From NCBI GenBank assembly GCA_964658305.1, contig OZ210886.1:682001-746000 (forward strand): a stretch of 64,000 nt of DNA, in the 5' to 3' direction. The position numbers and the translations under genes were made by a program. Under the pieces are notes generated by a model. The model was not told the DNA's origin. It worked only from the letters and a program-made list of their open reading frames with translations, and made no database searches. The DNA comes from Leptogorgia sarmentosa. Lineage: Eukaryota. This document shows, one piece after another, positions 1 through 13,139 of this stretch. Position 1 is the first letter of the stretch. Every line of letters starts with the position of its first letter.

Positions 1-2349
1 GATCTGTGCTTGTGGTATTTTTTTCCTCCATCTTCGTCTGATTGTGGATTTCTATCCACGATTCGAATTTGTTTTCAACTTGAATGCATACAAACTGTAT
101 CCTGTAGTTGTGCTTTAAAATATGTGTCGCTTTGTACAGAACTTCGCTTTCATTTGTATTTTCATCTGAAAGAAAAAAAGCAATAAATGAGAATTTAATA
201 TTCAGCCCAGGATGAAAGAGTAATGACCAATGCAATTAAACTGACATTGAGAACAGAAAGCGGTTAGCATTCCTAAATTTACACCCGCATCTACTACTGG
301 TTTCTATCTAGCAGTAATATGGTAAAATTAATCAATCGTTTTAAAAACTTACTAATTTGTAAATGTACGTTTGCTGCCAAGAGATCGACTGTAAGCGACC
401 ATAAGCGCAGACTGTGCACATGTGTGACGCCGTCTATTGATTCTAAAGAGCCTTTTACTTCATCATATGTAAATTGATCCGGAGCACCTGTAAAGTACAT
501 GGGGATATACAAATTTAATATAAATTATAACCGATGATCATGTTGTATTGGCAGTGCAGTCGAATCGTAAGCTGCAAAGTATACAGGGTGTCACGTCCCA
601 AACCCTTCCCCCTCCCCCCCCCTCCCTCCCTCCCCTGAGTTCCTACACCAGCAAACTGGTCCACATACCTTCCAAGAAGACTTTTAGAATGTCTTTAAAA
701 ACATTTAAGCTAACAAGGACTGACATCGCAGAAAAAATTAACGTACAAATAGGATCAGCAATTGTGAGATCTGGCTGCAAAAAATAATTTTAAACATTTT
801 TTATTTGGTGGGCAAGTGCAAAAGTGGTACAAGTGCGATAATTTTTGGTCATTATTTCATTTGAAACCCGTATTTTCAAACTGCTTATTCAGAGCAAAAA
901 AGTAGTAACGGCGTTCCAATTCGAAAATTTCGAAATTCAAATAACCCCAAAACACGTTACTTTTTCCTCAAAATCTCAATGGCTTTCCAGTAGATAATAG
1001 CGTCTCACTTACCCTAAATTTAATAACAACAGCAGCAATTAATAGTCCTAAAGTACACAGTGTGTCTCCTAAAATATGAATGAAAGCAGCTCTAATATTG
1101 ATATTCTCTAGTTCGCTCGTTGATTGTGTTCCGTCATCCCTAATTGAAGGTTTCCCGCCATGGGAATGACCATGAGAGCGTCCTGGTACCACAAGAATTA
1201 GTCCCATCCTGAAAAAAGTTCAGAAGTAACAATAACTACGATATAGCACCGTCCAAACTAATAACAACATCAACATGCAACAAATTAAAAATTGTTTGAA
1301 GTTTTTTGGCAACAGTTCGTGTTGTACTTACAAAATATTCGCTATTAAACAAAATCCAGCAGTCAACACCATAGTGTCTGCTTCTATCTCATAGTCATGA
1401 TAAACTATTCTTTCAATCGCGTAGTACGACAAAAAGGCAGCAACAATCCATCCAAGAAAAATTGTTAACAATGCCCCAAACATTTCTAAAATGGTTGAGA
1501 ACAAATTTGTTTTATTTATGGAAGCGAGTTTTGTAGTTGGTAAATTTTCTTCACTCCAACAAAGAGGGAGATGAAGAGGGAGGTGAAGAGGGAGGTGATA
1601 TAGCTATATAGTTCTAGTGATGCACCAAGGATCATATCGCAATAACGCACAAATCAAACGCTAAATTGGTATACCTGCACGATAAAAACCAAAAGTGTGA
1701 GACTTTGTAGCAGGGCATGCTGCAATCTTTATTGCCAAAATACTTGTCAATAAACTTGCGAGATCTGACATCATGTGAGCGGCATCAGTGATGATAGCCA
1801 AACTGTTCGCTAAATATCCTCCTGTATTGCGGAAAACACATCAATCAGTATGTGCAAAATAATACGAAAACAGTGGTCAAATATGTCTTTTGCATAAGGC
1901 ATTGCTGGTCTATGTTACCTAGAACTGCGTGTGACCTTGGTTCACTAATATGTTAATATTCCAGGAGGCAGGGGCCCGGTACACGGCCCGTACACCTTTG
2001 CACCTTTCTTCAAAGCCACCTCTACAACAAGCACCTCCTTCACAACTTGCTCTCGATCCCTCCTGCCTTGCCCTCATAAGACCTCCCATAAGCGGATGAA
2101 GATTTAAAGCAATCCATGTTAATACCAACCACTGATACTAACCTGCAATTTCAACAGCAATAAAGATAACACAGACAAACGTAGCAAGAAATAGTTGCGT
2201 TCTTGCTTTTTTTGTATCATGTTTGATTTCTGTGTCAGAACGAACCGGACAAACATCTTTATCCAATTTAGTCATCAAGGAGAATGTTTTGTAATCCTCA
2301 TTCAGGAACAATTAAACATTACTAAAGAAAAGATACCGTCATTAGACAT
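1..2349 (-). CDS. SLC30A: Zinc transporter, CDF/SLC30A (ZnT2/3/4/8-like); spliced, 3' end beyond the window, exact start uncertain
   Basis: Approx. exons 2143-2275, 1674-1822 (GYLANSLAIITDAAHMMSDL), 1331-1485, 1012-1208 (His loop SHGHSHG, NINIRAAFIHILGD), 669-774 (IADPICT), 353-488 (VHSLRLWSLT), 1-165 (CIQVE). GT-AG boundaries; both HxxxD Zn-site motifs are intact. Confidence 0.93.
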
Positions 2350-3185
2350 AGTTTATTAATAATAACAATCAATTGTTGAATACGTCAAAATAGCGCTCTC
2401 AGACATGACGGAAGCCAACTAAATTTTTGGAGAAAACATCTTCGTCTGTCAAATGAGAGACCGCGGGACTATTAATTACTCTCTACTCGTGCTTTACTTT
2501 AACGTGTTAACCAGTCGAACGTTTCCCATTCTATTTATGTCTGTGGGCTCCGAGGTTTAACCACTATACGTTCATCATTTGGTCGTATTATATACATCGT
2601 AAACGTCCCAGGATGTATATATAGCATGGCTGCAACTGCAGCGACATAATCCGTTTTACTGTTTTGCTGAACTGTTTCTGGCTATATAGTACATTCTAGC
2701 CATTACTACTGGACATTGTTTCTGTGATTGAGACAATGACAAATAAAACAGGTCTTTCACATATTTGCTGATAGAACTGCGTGGTTTTTTAAATGTATCA
2801 CCTGTAAGCAAGAGAAGCCTGTGGCATGCATATATCTATATCTATCATCATTTTACAGCTATTTTCGTGTTCCTTTGGACGGATAAGTAGTACTTATATT
2901 AAATCACAACCGTCGAAGGGCGGATCGATTAGCGTTGTCAGTGGATTTGGGCTTATCTTTTGTCTTTTTGAACACTTTTACAAATTTAAATTACTACGGT
3001 GATGGGGGATAATTGATCACAAGTTTTCGGATAGTATTTTTGTACCAGTTTTGCACTTATCAAAGTTTGATCGTAATTATTTTAATGTACCACTCTTGGT
3101 ACTTTTCATATATTTTTACTACCCTTAGATCAATAGTATATATCTGCATGCCATGTAGTTGATTATCAAGAAGCTGGCCCTCCAG

Positions 3186-3693
3186 CCGTTGAACAAAGAC
3201 CTCAACGGGTAGTACCCAATATTTCTCAATTGAGAACACGGGTAATGCCCACGCTGGACTATCGCCTAAGCTTGCTGGTCGGCGTTTCAGTATTACTCTT
3301 GATATAGTTATATAGTGTAAGATATAAACCATTTTTCTATATACTAAGAATTTCCTTAATCCCAACCCAAACCCTAGAATCCTAACCCTGACCATTGTGG
3401 TCATAAAAATATTGAGAAAAAAAAGTTTTCATCACCAACGCTGAAAAAATGTGTCGTACTGGGGTTTGAACTATAGAACTGCAACGCACGCACCGCGTGC
3501 CTTACCACTTGAGCTAAATCGAGCTCGCTGCTCAACACTCTGGCCTGGATAAATGCATATGATTATAGACCCGGGCAATCACTGTTCATAACTTACCTGG
3601 CCAGGCTACTTAGACGATAGTCCAGCGTGGGCATTACCCATGTTCTCAATTGAGAAATATCGGGTACTACCCGTTGAGGTCTTTGTTTAACGG
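3186..3693. mobile_element. Element with ~85-95 bp imperfect terminal inverted repeats enclosing a tRNA-like unit and telomere-like hexamers
   Basis: 3186-3270 (ccgttgaacaaagacctcaacgggtagtaccc...ggactatcgcctaag) is the near-perfect reverse complement of 3609-3693. No TSD resolved. Confidence 0.75.
3445..3524 (-). other. tRNA-derived (SINE-head-like) sequence, not an intact tRNA
   Basis: Minus strand has A box TAGCTCAAGTGG, B box GTTCAAACC and a T6 run just downstream; acceptor and anticodon stems do not pair properly. Confidence 0.6.
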
Positions 3694-5963
3694 GTGGGCC
3701 CTCAACTGTGTAAGAGAGCTCCAAAGACAAGGGTATACTGAGGGATCGCCTGGTAGCCCATGGTAGACGGCAAGAAAAGAAACGTTTTAACATTGATGCA
3801 TTGACTTCGCTATCAAACGTCGAAGTCTGTAGCTATATACATGCATATATATTGGTGGGATGAAACTTACGTATATATAAAAGAATACTAGCTATACTTC
3901 AAAATTTTAACTAGTTCAGTCTGTCTGTCTGGACTAACGAAACAAACAAATAAACAAAATGAACACTCAATAAAAGCTATTAAAGAAAAACGGTTTGGTT
4001 GAATAAACTATATATATGTAAAACATGTGTAAAAAACATATGATTACCTCCGGTCTCCGGTCTAAGATACGTTAAACTTCAGTGCACATGTCATTGTCAA
4101 TCAACGAGTTTGAGCGAGTTCTTTTGCCCTGTGAATATATTCTTCGTGAAATTCAAACCACCATTAATTATTGCTTACGAATATCCAAATTTGAAAATTG
4201 ATTTGAAAGATTTCATTGAGTGTTAAAAAGTGTATAAATTCGAATGTTTATATACTATCAGCGATTTTCAAACTGGAGGACAATGGTTTTGTAAATAATT
4301 AATTTTAACAAGCTAACAAATCTAAGCTTACCAGTAAGTTCATGCAAGCTGGGTTTAATTTGGTACTGACCAATCTGAATATATATCTATATATGTATAT
4401 ATGTATATATAGCTAGATGTGATCCATCAATAGCTTCTCGGCTAATATGAATTTTTAATGTGTCAGTTTTTCATTCATCCTGCATAGTATAGTGTAGCTA
4501 ATATGAGTAATATCATAGACATCAGTTCAAAACAGTAACTAGGAGATTGATACCGTACTGATCATTTGTATCATAATAAATTGACATTTCGACAATATGG
4601 AGTATAGTCTGTTAAGACTAACCGTAACCGTTACCGTTACCCTTACCCTTAACTGAGGGCACATGCACGCAGTCACTATGACATTGCGGTCACCGTTCAA
4701 GCTATATAACAGTCTTTTCTCATTCAAAAATAAATCTTTAAAAACCCTTCTCAACGTGCTGTAGGTGTCTTTGTGATTTTAATGTTGTGAAACACTATAT
4801 ACGTGTATATGTACAGCACTTGGCTTTGGTATGGTTGATTAGTTTTGGCCAGTGTGGATGTAATCACTGAGATGTGACCAGGCGTTAATCATTAGCATTT
4901 AAACGGTCTTATTTAACGGCTTTTTAAGTGTTTAATTAAAATGACACAGTTGATTTAATAACGACTTTGTCGCTTCTTGTAAACATCAATGTCTCTGACA
5001 CTATTATGAGTTTTTATTTTGTCCTCGAATAAATCATCACATGAGAAAAGTATTGTTGAAAGTATGTTGTAGAAACACATGGAAAAAATATATTAAAGTT
5101 TTTAGTCTGTGTATATGTAAAATTGTACAGTGGCTGGGTGAGTGGGGTCAGAATGGGAGGCAGAAATGCACACAATGAAAATCATGTATAAAATAGATTC
5201 CATTACCACAAGGTGCTAAGCCTAAGGTGAGTGCTATAATAGTATGGAGTAGATTGAAATTATCGCATCATTTGGATGCTATTTCTTTGTAATCTGCGAA
5301 TTAATATTGCGTCACGAACTACTATATGGTAACTGGTATATATAACTAAGTAAACTATATAACTATATAGGCCAAATGGCAGATGGTGTAGAAAATTCTT
5401 TTGCAAACCAATTATAGATGGCTATGCATTGCACTAAATGATACCTTCTGTTAATCTGTTCAGTCAGAGTCAAAATAAGAGTTATTGAAATAAAAACTAT
5501 ATGCGAAGAAAAACATTAACATTCATGTGTGGGCATTCATGAGTATTCATGTAAAATAATGTATTTTAATGAACCTAACGATCTACATCATTATACGGTA
5601 AAACAACCAACTCAATTCGGTGATCGATGACAGGCTTTAAGCATGCACCGTTTTCTAATTTGTATAAAATATTGCCATCATTACATACACGTGTACGTTA
5701 TCCAATTGTCATGCAAAATTATATATTGATGACAAGACAAATAGCAATTTAGAAAATGTTTTTGGCAAAGGGAATGATATAATGTAAACTATTTACCTTT
5801 TGCAGATATCGCATGTATACTATTTATTTTAATACTATATAATATACGCTAATACAGGGTGTCCAAAAAGACACAAAACTGCATTGAACTTAACGCTATA
5901 TACCTATACGAGTGCGTAAAAGATTGACATATAACTGTCATAATTATGGTAATTAAGGATTAC

Positions 5964-6470
5964 AGCACTCTTTGAGTGCATTATCGGCATTTCAAGCACG
6001 AATTCGCGAACAAGAAACAAGAAATTTAACACTGCACGAGGCGCAGCCGAGTGCAGTGTTAAATTTCGAGTTTCTTGTTCGCGAATGAGTGCTTGAATAT
6101 GCCGATAATGCACGAAAAAGAGTGCTTTAAACGTTTTAATATTCAATTTGAGTAAACCACAAAAGAACAAGTATTTCACATTGTTATATGCATGCATAGA
6201 GAAATATGCAAAAAGAAACGCCACATATTTATTACAAAAAATAAATTTTATAGTACAACATTTTTAATTTACAATTTATAATTAAAACAGAAATTATATC
6301 CTCGGTGGACAAATCTAAAAACTTCTCGCACTCGGAAGCCATCTTGCAGTGCAATAAAAAGTTTACGCACGGCTATAATGCACGGCCGTGCATTGTTGTT
6401 ATGTAAAATGAAGTCACGTGGTACAAATCGGCCAATCAGAACACTAGTTTACGAAAACTGAATAATAATA
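5964..6470 (-). mobile_element. Non-autonomous element with asymmetric inverted repeat and terminal hairpin (family C)
   Basis: Hairpin 5964-6126; terminus 6455-6468 is inverted at 6136-6149 (12/14 match); gccaatcag box at 6431-6439. Confidence 0.75.
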
Positions 6471-6556
6471 AGGTTTTAAGCACTTTACAAAGGAATAGAG
6501 TATTTATTGAATCGCGCTACCAAAAATTTTATGCATATTTCTTAATTTTCAGCTTG

Positions 6557-6718
6557 CAGGGCCGTAGCTAGAACGTTAATTGGGGGAGTGGTATATTCAT
6601 ATATTCATGTTCTGCCCGACGGACTTCTTTTGAAATTGATTCAGGAACAACTGATTTCAAAAGAAATCCACGAGGCATAACGCGAATATATGAATATATA
6701 GCCCCCGAATTAGCGCTC
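6557..6718. mobile_element. Degenerate palindromic MITE
   Basis: aattggggg..tatattcatatattc..cttttgaaat is mirrored by atttcaaaag..gaatatatgaatata..cccccgaatt; begins CAGGGCCGTAGC. Confidence 0.6.
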
Positions 6719-6835
6719 TTTTGGTGAGGTTTTACATTTTGACATTTAGGTAGTTTGAGTTTTCAGTTTGTGGTGCGCATTATTACCTGCGTTCAGTATA
6801 TTGTATGTATTTTTCTTTTTCAGTTTCTTTCGTCA

Positions 6836-9365
6836 ATGGGAAGCAAACTTAATCAAACTCATGCAATAGCCATAACACTTTGTGTCGTAGTGTTTGCTTT
6901 AGTTTTATACATGTTGGTTAAAATTGCTGGCAAAAGAGTCAATATTAATGGCGAAAAAAGAAACAAGAAACGTCGTCATGGAAACAAAATGTGGAAGAAA
7001 GATTCAGCAAAGTTTCACGTAATTCTACCTGAGTTTCCGTATGGAACGTTATCGGAATCACTGATTCAACCTGAAATGTATATGCAAATGCCAAAGGTAC
7101 CGATTAATGATTCGAAAAATAATCAAAATTCAAATAAAAATTTCACCCTGGGACAGTCCATACTAGTTCCTTGATAGGCTTTTAGTAAGTGAGAAATGAA
7201 TTAAAACATTTTATATGTACCAGCTAGATCATTCATGTGGGTTTTAATTACATTTATTATACTCTAACGCGCAGAATGGCATCTTGTAAATTGAAAGTAT
7301 AAGGTTTTATTAAAAACCTTACATCGCTTCAGTGATGGCCAAAGTTTCACTTCTGGCAAAAACAGATCGAACGTAGGAAAAGCTGCATAAGATGCATCGC
7401 TATTTATTTTACTGCAGGTTATTGAAGACAATGGGGATATAGCTCAAACTTATGCTGGTACACTATTTATTAACCTGCGATATGATCTGATGAGGTAGTG
7501 TATTTTGCATGTAATTGCAAGGTTGGTTGTTGCCAACACATTTTCTTCTCATTCGTTTTAGCTATATCAGGCAACATAAATATCGCCAATTTTCTAAGTT
7601 GTTATAATAAATAAGGAATACAAATACTTCAGTATTTTTTTGGGCTTGAAGTTCTTAGTTTTTGAGTTTCGAGCTTTGACATACAGAGGACAACCTTATA
7701 GTTGAATTGGCTGTAGCTATACGATGCTTGGGTTTACTGCAAGTTCATTGGTTCAATGCCACATATTTCATATTAGTCTAGGACCTGTATATGAGTTTGT
7801 ATGCACTTTATTTAGGACAGATAATCTCAACTGCAATTTCTTTTACAGATCGGTGCTTGTCATTATATTGGTCAAGGCGCGAGATTTACCAACCAACGAA
7901 GCAGATGAATTCAATTACTACATAATAATCAATTTATTTCCACAGAAACACAAACCATTCCAATCAGCCGTATACAGAACATCTTCACCTGAGTTCGGAG
8001 AATCGTTTGAATTTCCCGTACCACCACAATATCTTTTGTTACAAAGTTTAAAATTCTCATTCTGGTCATTTGACCGTTTCTCACAGCATGACGTCGTAGC
8101 TGATACCTTGGTTCAACTGCCAGAACTGGAGACATATGGCTTATCGATAGGTCGTGATGTTTCTGTGGCAAAAAAACTCAGACTTGTCCAAAAGGCAAGT
8201 AAACCATTGAAATAATTTCAGTGTTGTTTTCTTTTTTAAAGAACATAAGGGCGCTGGATATCTTCAGATATAATCATTTGTTCATGCATTACGGCAGTGA
8301 TCACTTTATCAAAATATAGTATAATCAAACAACAGTGAAGTCGGTAACATCAATTCCGTCATCTCCGGTATAACCTTGCATGGTGGATCAATTAGGTTGC
8401 TTTTTATCTTGCTTTGGGGTTGCTTTGGGTCTCACATGGAATATTTCAGTTTCAATCGAGTAAAAACCCCTGCAAGCAAGGCAGAACATATGACATCAGT
8501 TGCACTATGTAACTGCACATAACAAACTTTAATATGTGACCATTGTTCATATGTTGTGAATATGTTTCTAGGTATCAGAGGTATGTGGTGAAATATTGTT
8601 TTCCCTGGGGTATCTACGTTTGGCACAAAGACTGGCTGTTGTTGTCATTAAAGTCATTAACCTCGGAAAAATTAACGACGAATTGCCCGGTGGGTTATTA
8701 CACGTATAGATGTCAGGATGCTATACTTTTGAGATTTTTTTTGTTTCTATTTAAAATTTCCAGATTTGTACCATGAATCATTGATTGCTCAATCATTTAT
8801 CCACAAAATCTTTTCAAAGTAATATAGTTTGACTTACAATAGCTACTTCACCTTTAAGTTCGGCTCACAAAACCAAAACTAGGCACGCAGCAAAAAAATG
8901 GCTAAACTCAGTAGCTATGTGCTTTATCTTGGCCCAGACAGGCAATAATTGTTTCCTGTTTGTTTCATCTTTCCCAAAATTATTTCGCTCAAAATAGTCT
9001 CAGCAGACGTTTTCTAACAACTGGACTTTTCTGTGTTCTGCGTTAATCCTTCAGATCCATTTGTGCAAGTATCTCTGTTGCGGAAAGACAAAAGAATAAA
9101 AGTGGAAAGAACATCAACAAAAAAGAAGAAACAAAATCCAAAGTATAGCGAAACATTAACATTTGATGTCCCTGCTGAAAATCTACACGAATCCAGTTTG
9201 CTAATTTGTGTTCTTAGTAAGACAAAGGAATCGTATTTAGAAAAAAATTTAGGTAACGTTTTACTCGGAGCAGATAGCAGTGGCGAGAACTTCGATCATT
9301 GGGATGAAATGAGAACAGAAACAAAACCAAAAGCAAGATGGCATACATTAAGAAAGCATTTTTAA
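6836..9365 (+). CDS. Synaptotagmin-like protein A (N-terminal TM, C2A, C2B; probably Ca2+-independent type)
   Basis: Exons approx. 6836-7096 (TM AIAITLCVVVFALVLYMLV), 7418-7494 (GTLFINLRYD), 7849-8194 (C2A, SFDRFSQHD), 8572-8689 (GEILFSLGY), 9055-9365 (DPFVQV...HWDEM...ARWHTL, typical synaptotagmin C-terminus). The Ca-binding Asp set is incomplete. Confidence 0.88.
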
Positions 9366-9755
9366 CAATTTTACAATTGATGTCTGCACAAAAGAGCGCA
9401 GTTTTTAAATATCGTTCAGTGGGAATGAATTAATATGCTACTGTGTGCAGAGTCATATACTATTCGATCAGAGAGTATGATCGTAAAAAATATTGTATAT
9501 AATTTTAGAAGAAAATACTTGCTGCTTAAAAATAAAATTATGTTAGATATAACCATATAGCTTGGGTTTTAATTGGATATTCACTTTATTTTACCTAATT
9601 GAAGTATGGTAACAGTTTCTTGTCAAGTCAAGTGTCCCTTCCGCCAGGTTGTGTAACAACCAAGCTTAACAAAATAACCATCATCAAGATAACTTCCCAA
9701 ACACCCTTTCTATTCACCACCATTCTCCCTTATTTTTACAACCATGCAAATTGAA

Positions 9756-10598
9756 CTACCAAATTACAAATGTTTTCCAAACGAGGATGGCCGTTGAGAC
9801 TGCTGACAATGCAGCGATTATAAATATCACATACATAGAACACATCATGAAGTTAGTAATAAATTCTTCTGAATACAAAATGATCACAGCTTGTTCCAGC
9901 CTGTGCTTCTCAAGAACACTTGCAAGCTTTTCTCGTTCTGTCGCCGTGAGCTGATGCAACCCGGAGTGAAGGCGACATAGGTCCGACACAGATATATCTA
10001 TCACTCGCAGTTGCCCACGGAGACAAAAGAACGAATGAGTCTTTGCAGAATTTTCGTCATCTTGAAGGGTTTCTGTTTTCACACAAAACGTGAACCATGA
10101 GTTTAACCATATTTCTAAATTTTTAACTTTTATGATGTAAATACAGTGAAAATGCCACAAGAACAGAAGAAATTCCATGCATGTCGTGAATATCAGCAAC
10201 TCTCTAGAAATATCCGTATTATCCGTCTTCTTTTCCACAACGAATGGCCAAATTGCAGCAAAAGGAAGTATGAAAAATACAAGTAGCAACACAAACGCCA
10301 AACTTGAACCAAATCTTGAAAAGCCCCCACCAAAACATAGCAATGTTTTTGTTTTTGGTTCGACGTGTTCATCGTTTGTCATCAAACAGGCTTTATAACA
10401 AGCGGCTGTATAGTTTACTTTGTTATACGCCCCATACAACATAAATGCCTCGGGAACAACAGTGAAATATTTGTGTCGTTTTCTTAGTAATGACTGTAAT
10501 TCGCCATTCTTCTGATTACCAGTGCAGAGAACTCCTTCCAGTTCACCATCAGTGGACGTTAATTCGCTTGCAATATAGTCCGACGGATGCAAAGACAT
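9756..10598 (-). CDS. Uncharacterised multi-pass membrane protein ORF (possibly partial)
   Basis: ~280-codon ORF in AT-rich DNA with at least three hydrophobic segments (LAFVLLLVFFILPFAAIWPF; LLIFTTCMEFLLFLW; FMMCSMYVIFIIAALSAVSTAILVW); splice acceptor tttccag just upstream. Family not recognised. Confidence 0.55.
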   Translation of the reverse strand: MSLHPSDYIASELTSTDGELEGVLCTGNQKNGELQSLLRKRHKYFTVVPEAFMLYGAYNKVNYTAACYKACLMTNDEHVEPKTKTLLCFGGGFSRFGSSLAFVLLLVFFILPFAAIWPFVVEKKTDNTDISRELLIFTTCMEFLLFLWHFHCIYIIKVKNLEIWLNSWFTFCVKTETLQDDENSAKTHSFFCLRGQLRVIDISVSDLCRLHSGLHQLTATEREKLASVLEKHRLEQAVIILYSEEFITNFMMCSMYVIFIIAALSAVSTAILVWKTFVIW

Positions 10599-12277
10599 CT
10601 TCAATTTCTCTGGAAATAAATTTAAAGGTTGATAGGTGGAGGTACTTATTTAGTGGCGAGCTTTAGGGCCAGCACGATCATGCACGAGAACATGAATTTG
10701 GAGAACTAAGAAGTAGGCTAAGTTACGCAAATGTAACTTAACTTTTACTATCTAAACGATACAATAAGATCCGACGATTCGAGCAAATCTCCCTCCTCAT
10801 CCAACTAATTCCCGACCAAGGGAATGTAGAATGTCATTGTGAGTATTTCTGGTAGGTAATTTTCGAGGCCATTTTTTGCAATTAAGCGCTAATGTGCTGC
10901 GTCATTGACTGTCGCATGAAATAAAACCATTTAGGACGGCCGTTTCTCTGAGATAATAAAAATCAGTAAATTTCAAAATTTGGACGTCTAAAGCAAATGT
11001 AACAGTTGATAAACATAAATTGCAGCTATACTGCAGTCTGCAGTTGCTTTTACAAACCAGTACTCTAACTATAGTGCCCTTGATCAGCAAACATATAAAT
11101 CTTTAGACATTCTTGAAATTTCTTCCCCACATACCTTTTCCCTGGGCATTACAGAGCACATTGATTAAATTGATCAAAATTGAAAATTTAATTTGTCAAA
11201 AATATGATTTGATTCAAAGCCAGAGGGAGCAGTTATTTGGAGAGAACTATGTGTTTTGTCATTGGACCAGAATTCTTTATAGATAATGGAATCAGGCTTT
11301 TACAAGGAGAAATATTGAAATGATTTGTTTTGGCAGTTGTAAAACCAGAAGTAGTTTAATAGTGTACATAATAGTATGGAAAAAACTGTGGATATATTTT
11401 AAAGCTGACCAAAACCAACATTATTAACCTGCATTATTGCCTGTTGCGGCATGCATGTTGATTACTTGATTTTCATGGTGCAAATGTAACCACCTAACTA
11501 TTAGGTTGAAATCAATGGGATAAATGTCCCAGACTTCATTATTTCATCTGATGCTACACGATTTTAAATGTCAAGTAAATGTTGTAAAATAAGGATTTTG
11601 CTTAAAATATTTAATTCCAACCCTTCTTTCAGACACAGCAGCAAAATTCACCTTTGGGTATTGTCAGAATCTGTGGCCTCCTGTGTAGGCCTGAAAGGTA
11701 TGTTTTTGGCAACTTAAAACTTGAAATATGATGAATTTCATGAAACCAGATGGTCCCAACATGGTATATTTAATAAAAGCTCCCTATATAATCTATATAT
11801 AATCTATAATCTATAATTATATACAAATTTCTTACTTTCATTCTATGACCGCATAAATACAAATGAAATACAAATGCTAGCATGCTTAATAACGGGTTTC
11901 TGTGCTTGAAGACCAATTTCCAGGAAATGCTATGTTTTTATATATTTCACCAGTGTTACCCAAAGCCCTTGCAACTATCTATATGTTACAAACACTGCAA
12001 CAACTAGCTTCCTCTCAGTTTCAAAGGAAATATAAATCAATATTAAATAAAATACATGACATGGTACCTCAACAAAATATTAAATTTTCACAAGTCATTC
12101 ACCAGCTTGATTGAAGACGAGTATTCAAATGACTCCACCTCGTCTTTAAATTGCTTTCGACAGTATAAGTTTAAACTGAAATGTCTGAAAATGCAGCTTT
12201 TCTAATCTTACAAGGAAACAGAATACACCGTGCCAGTCAACCATAGTTCCGTTTCTACGAAACGAAACTAGAACGAC

Positions 12278-12808
12278 CAGTGTGACCAGATGTTGGTCAG
12301 CGGAATTTACTAAAGCTTTGCTCAAATTTTACTAAATAGGACAAAATTTTACTAGATTTGCATTTTATGCCAAAAAAAAGGGGGGGGGGGGTAATTTGGT
12401 ATCGAAAACGTTCCTACTGATAATTATAGGTGAGATAGATAACAGCAAATTTTATTTTCAACAAGACTGTACACTAAATATAGCAAAGCATCATTATGAA
12501 ATATGGCGTGCATTCCTTGCAAACTATCCTGGGATGACAAATTACAAATTTACTTGATATTATTCAAATAGTTCGAACTTCGAAAATGTTAAATCCGTGA
12601 CCCTGAAAGCGAATATTTCGAGCCTCAGGAAAGCGAATATTTCGCATTTTCCAAGGTTTTCTGGTTTTAACAGAAATTTTACTAAAAAAATTACCAAATC
12701 CTTGAATTTTACCAAAAATTTTACCAAAAAATCTGTTTTACTAGATTTCTATCAAATTTGCCGAAATTTTACCAAAAGTAAAAAAATGTACTGAATATGG
12801 TCACACTG
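12278..12808. mobile_element. hAT-type MITE, 531 bp, 8-bp TSD
   Basis: TIRs CAGTGTGACCAGAT / ATATGGTCACACTG; TSD agaacgac at 12270-12277 and 12809-12816; subterminal ttttac(t/c)aaa repeats at both ends. Confidence 0.88.
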
Positions 12809-13139
12809 AGAACGACATTACGTAATCTCTGCAACCTCGTTCCCAGGCTTGGTGTTTTTAGTTTCTTGGTGATATTGAAGTACTGGTGGAGGTACCATCC
12901 AGTATAGATCTGTGAATTCTGAGTAAAACAGGGTGAACCTCAAAAGCTGATAAGAAAAAAGTGATAAATAACCCTGAGCGCATTTACGCAATAAATCATT
13001 GTCAATGACAGTTTAACTATCGTATAACGTTCTGTTGTTCCTCCAACGAGATATTTTTAAATCTTGGAAGAAATTTGACATAATTCTCACCGTTAGTAAT
13101 CCTTTTTTGTGCAAGAAAACGGCAACCAGCTGCCCCCGC

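Noticed and set aside
3451..3524. Functional tRNA gene
   Set aside because: A and B boxes are present but the cloverleaf stems do not pair.
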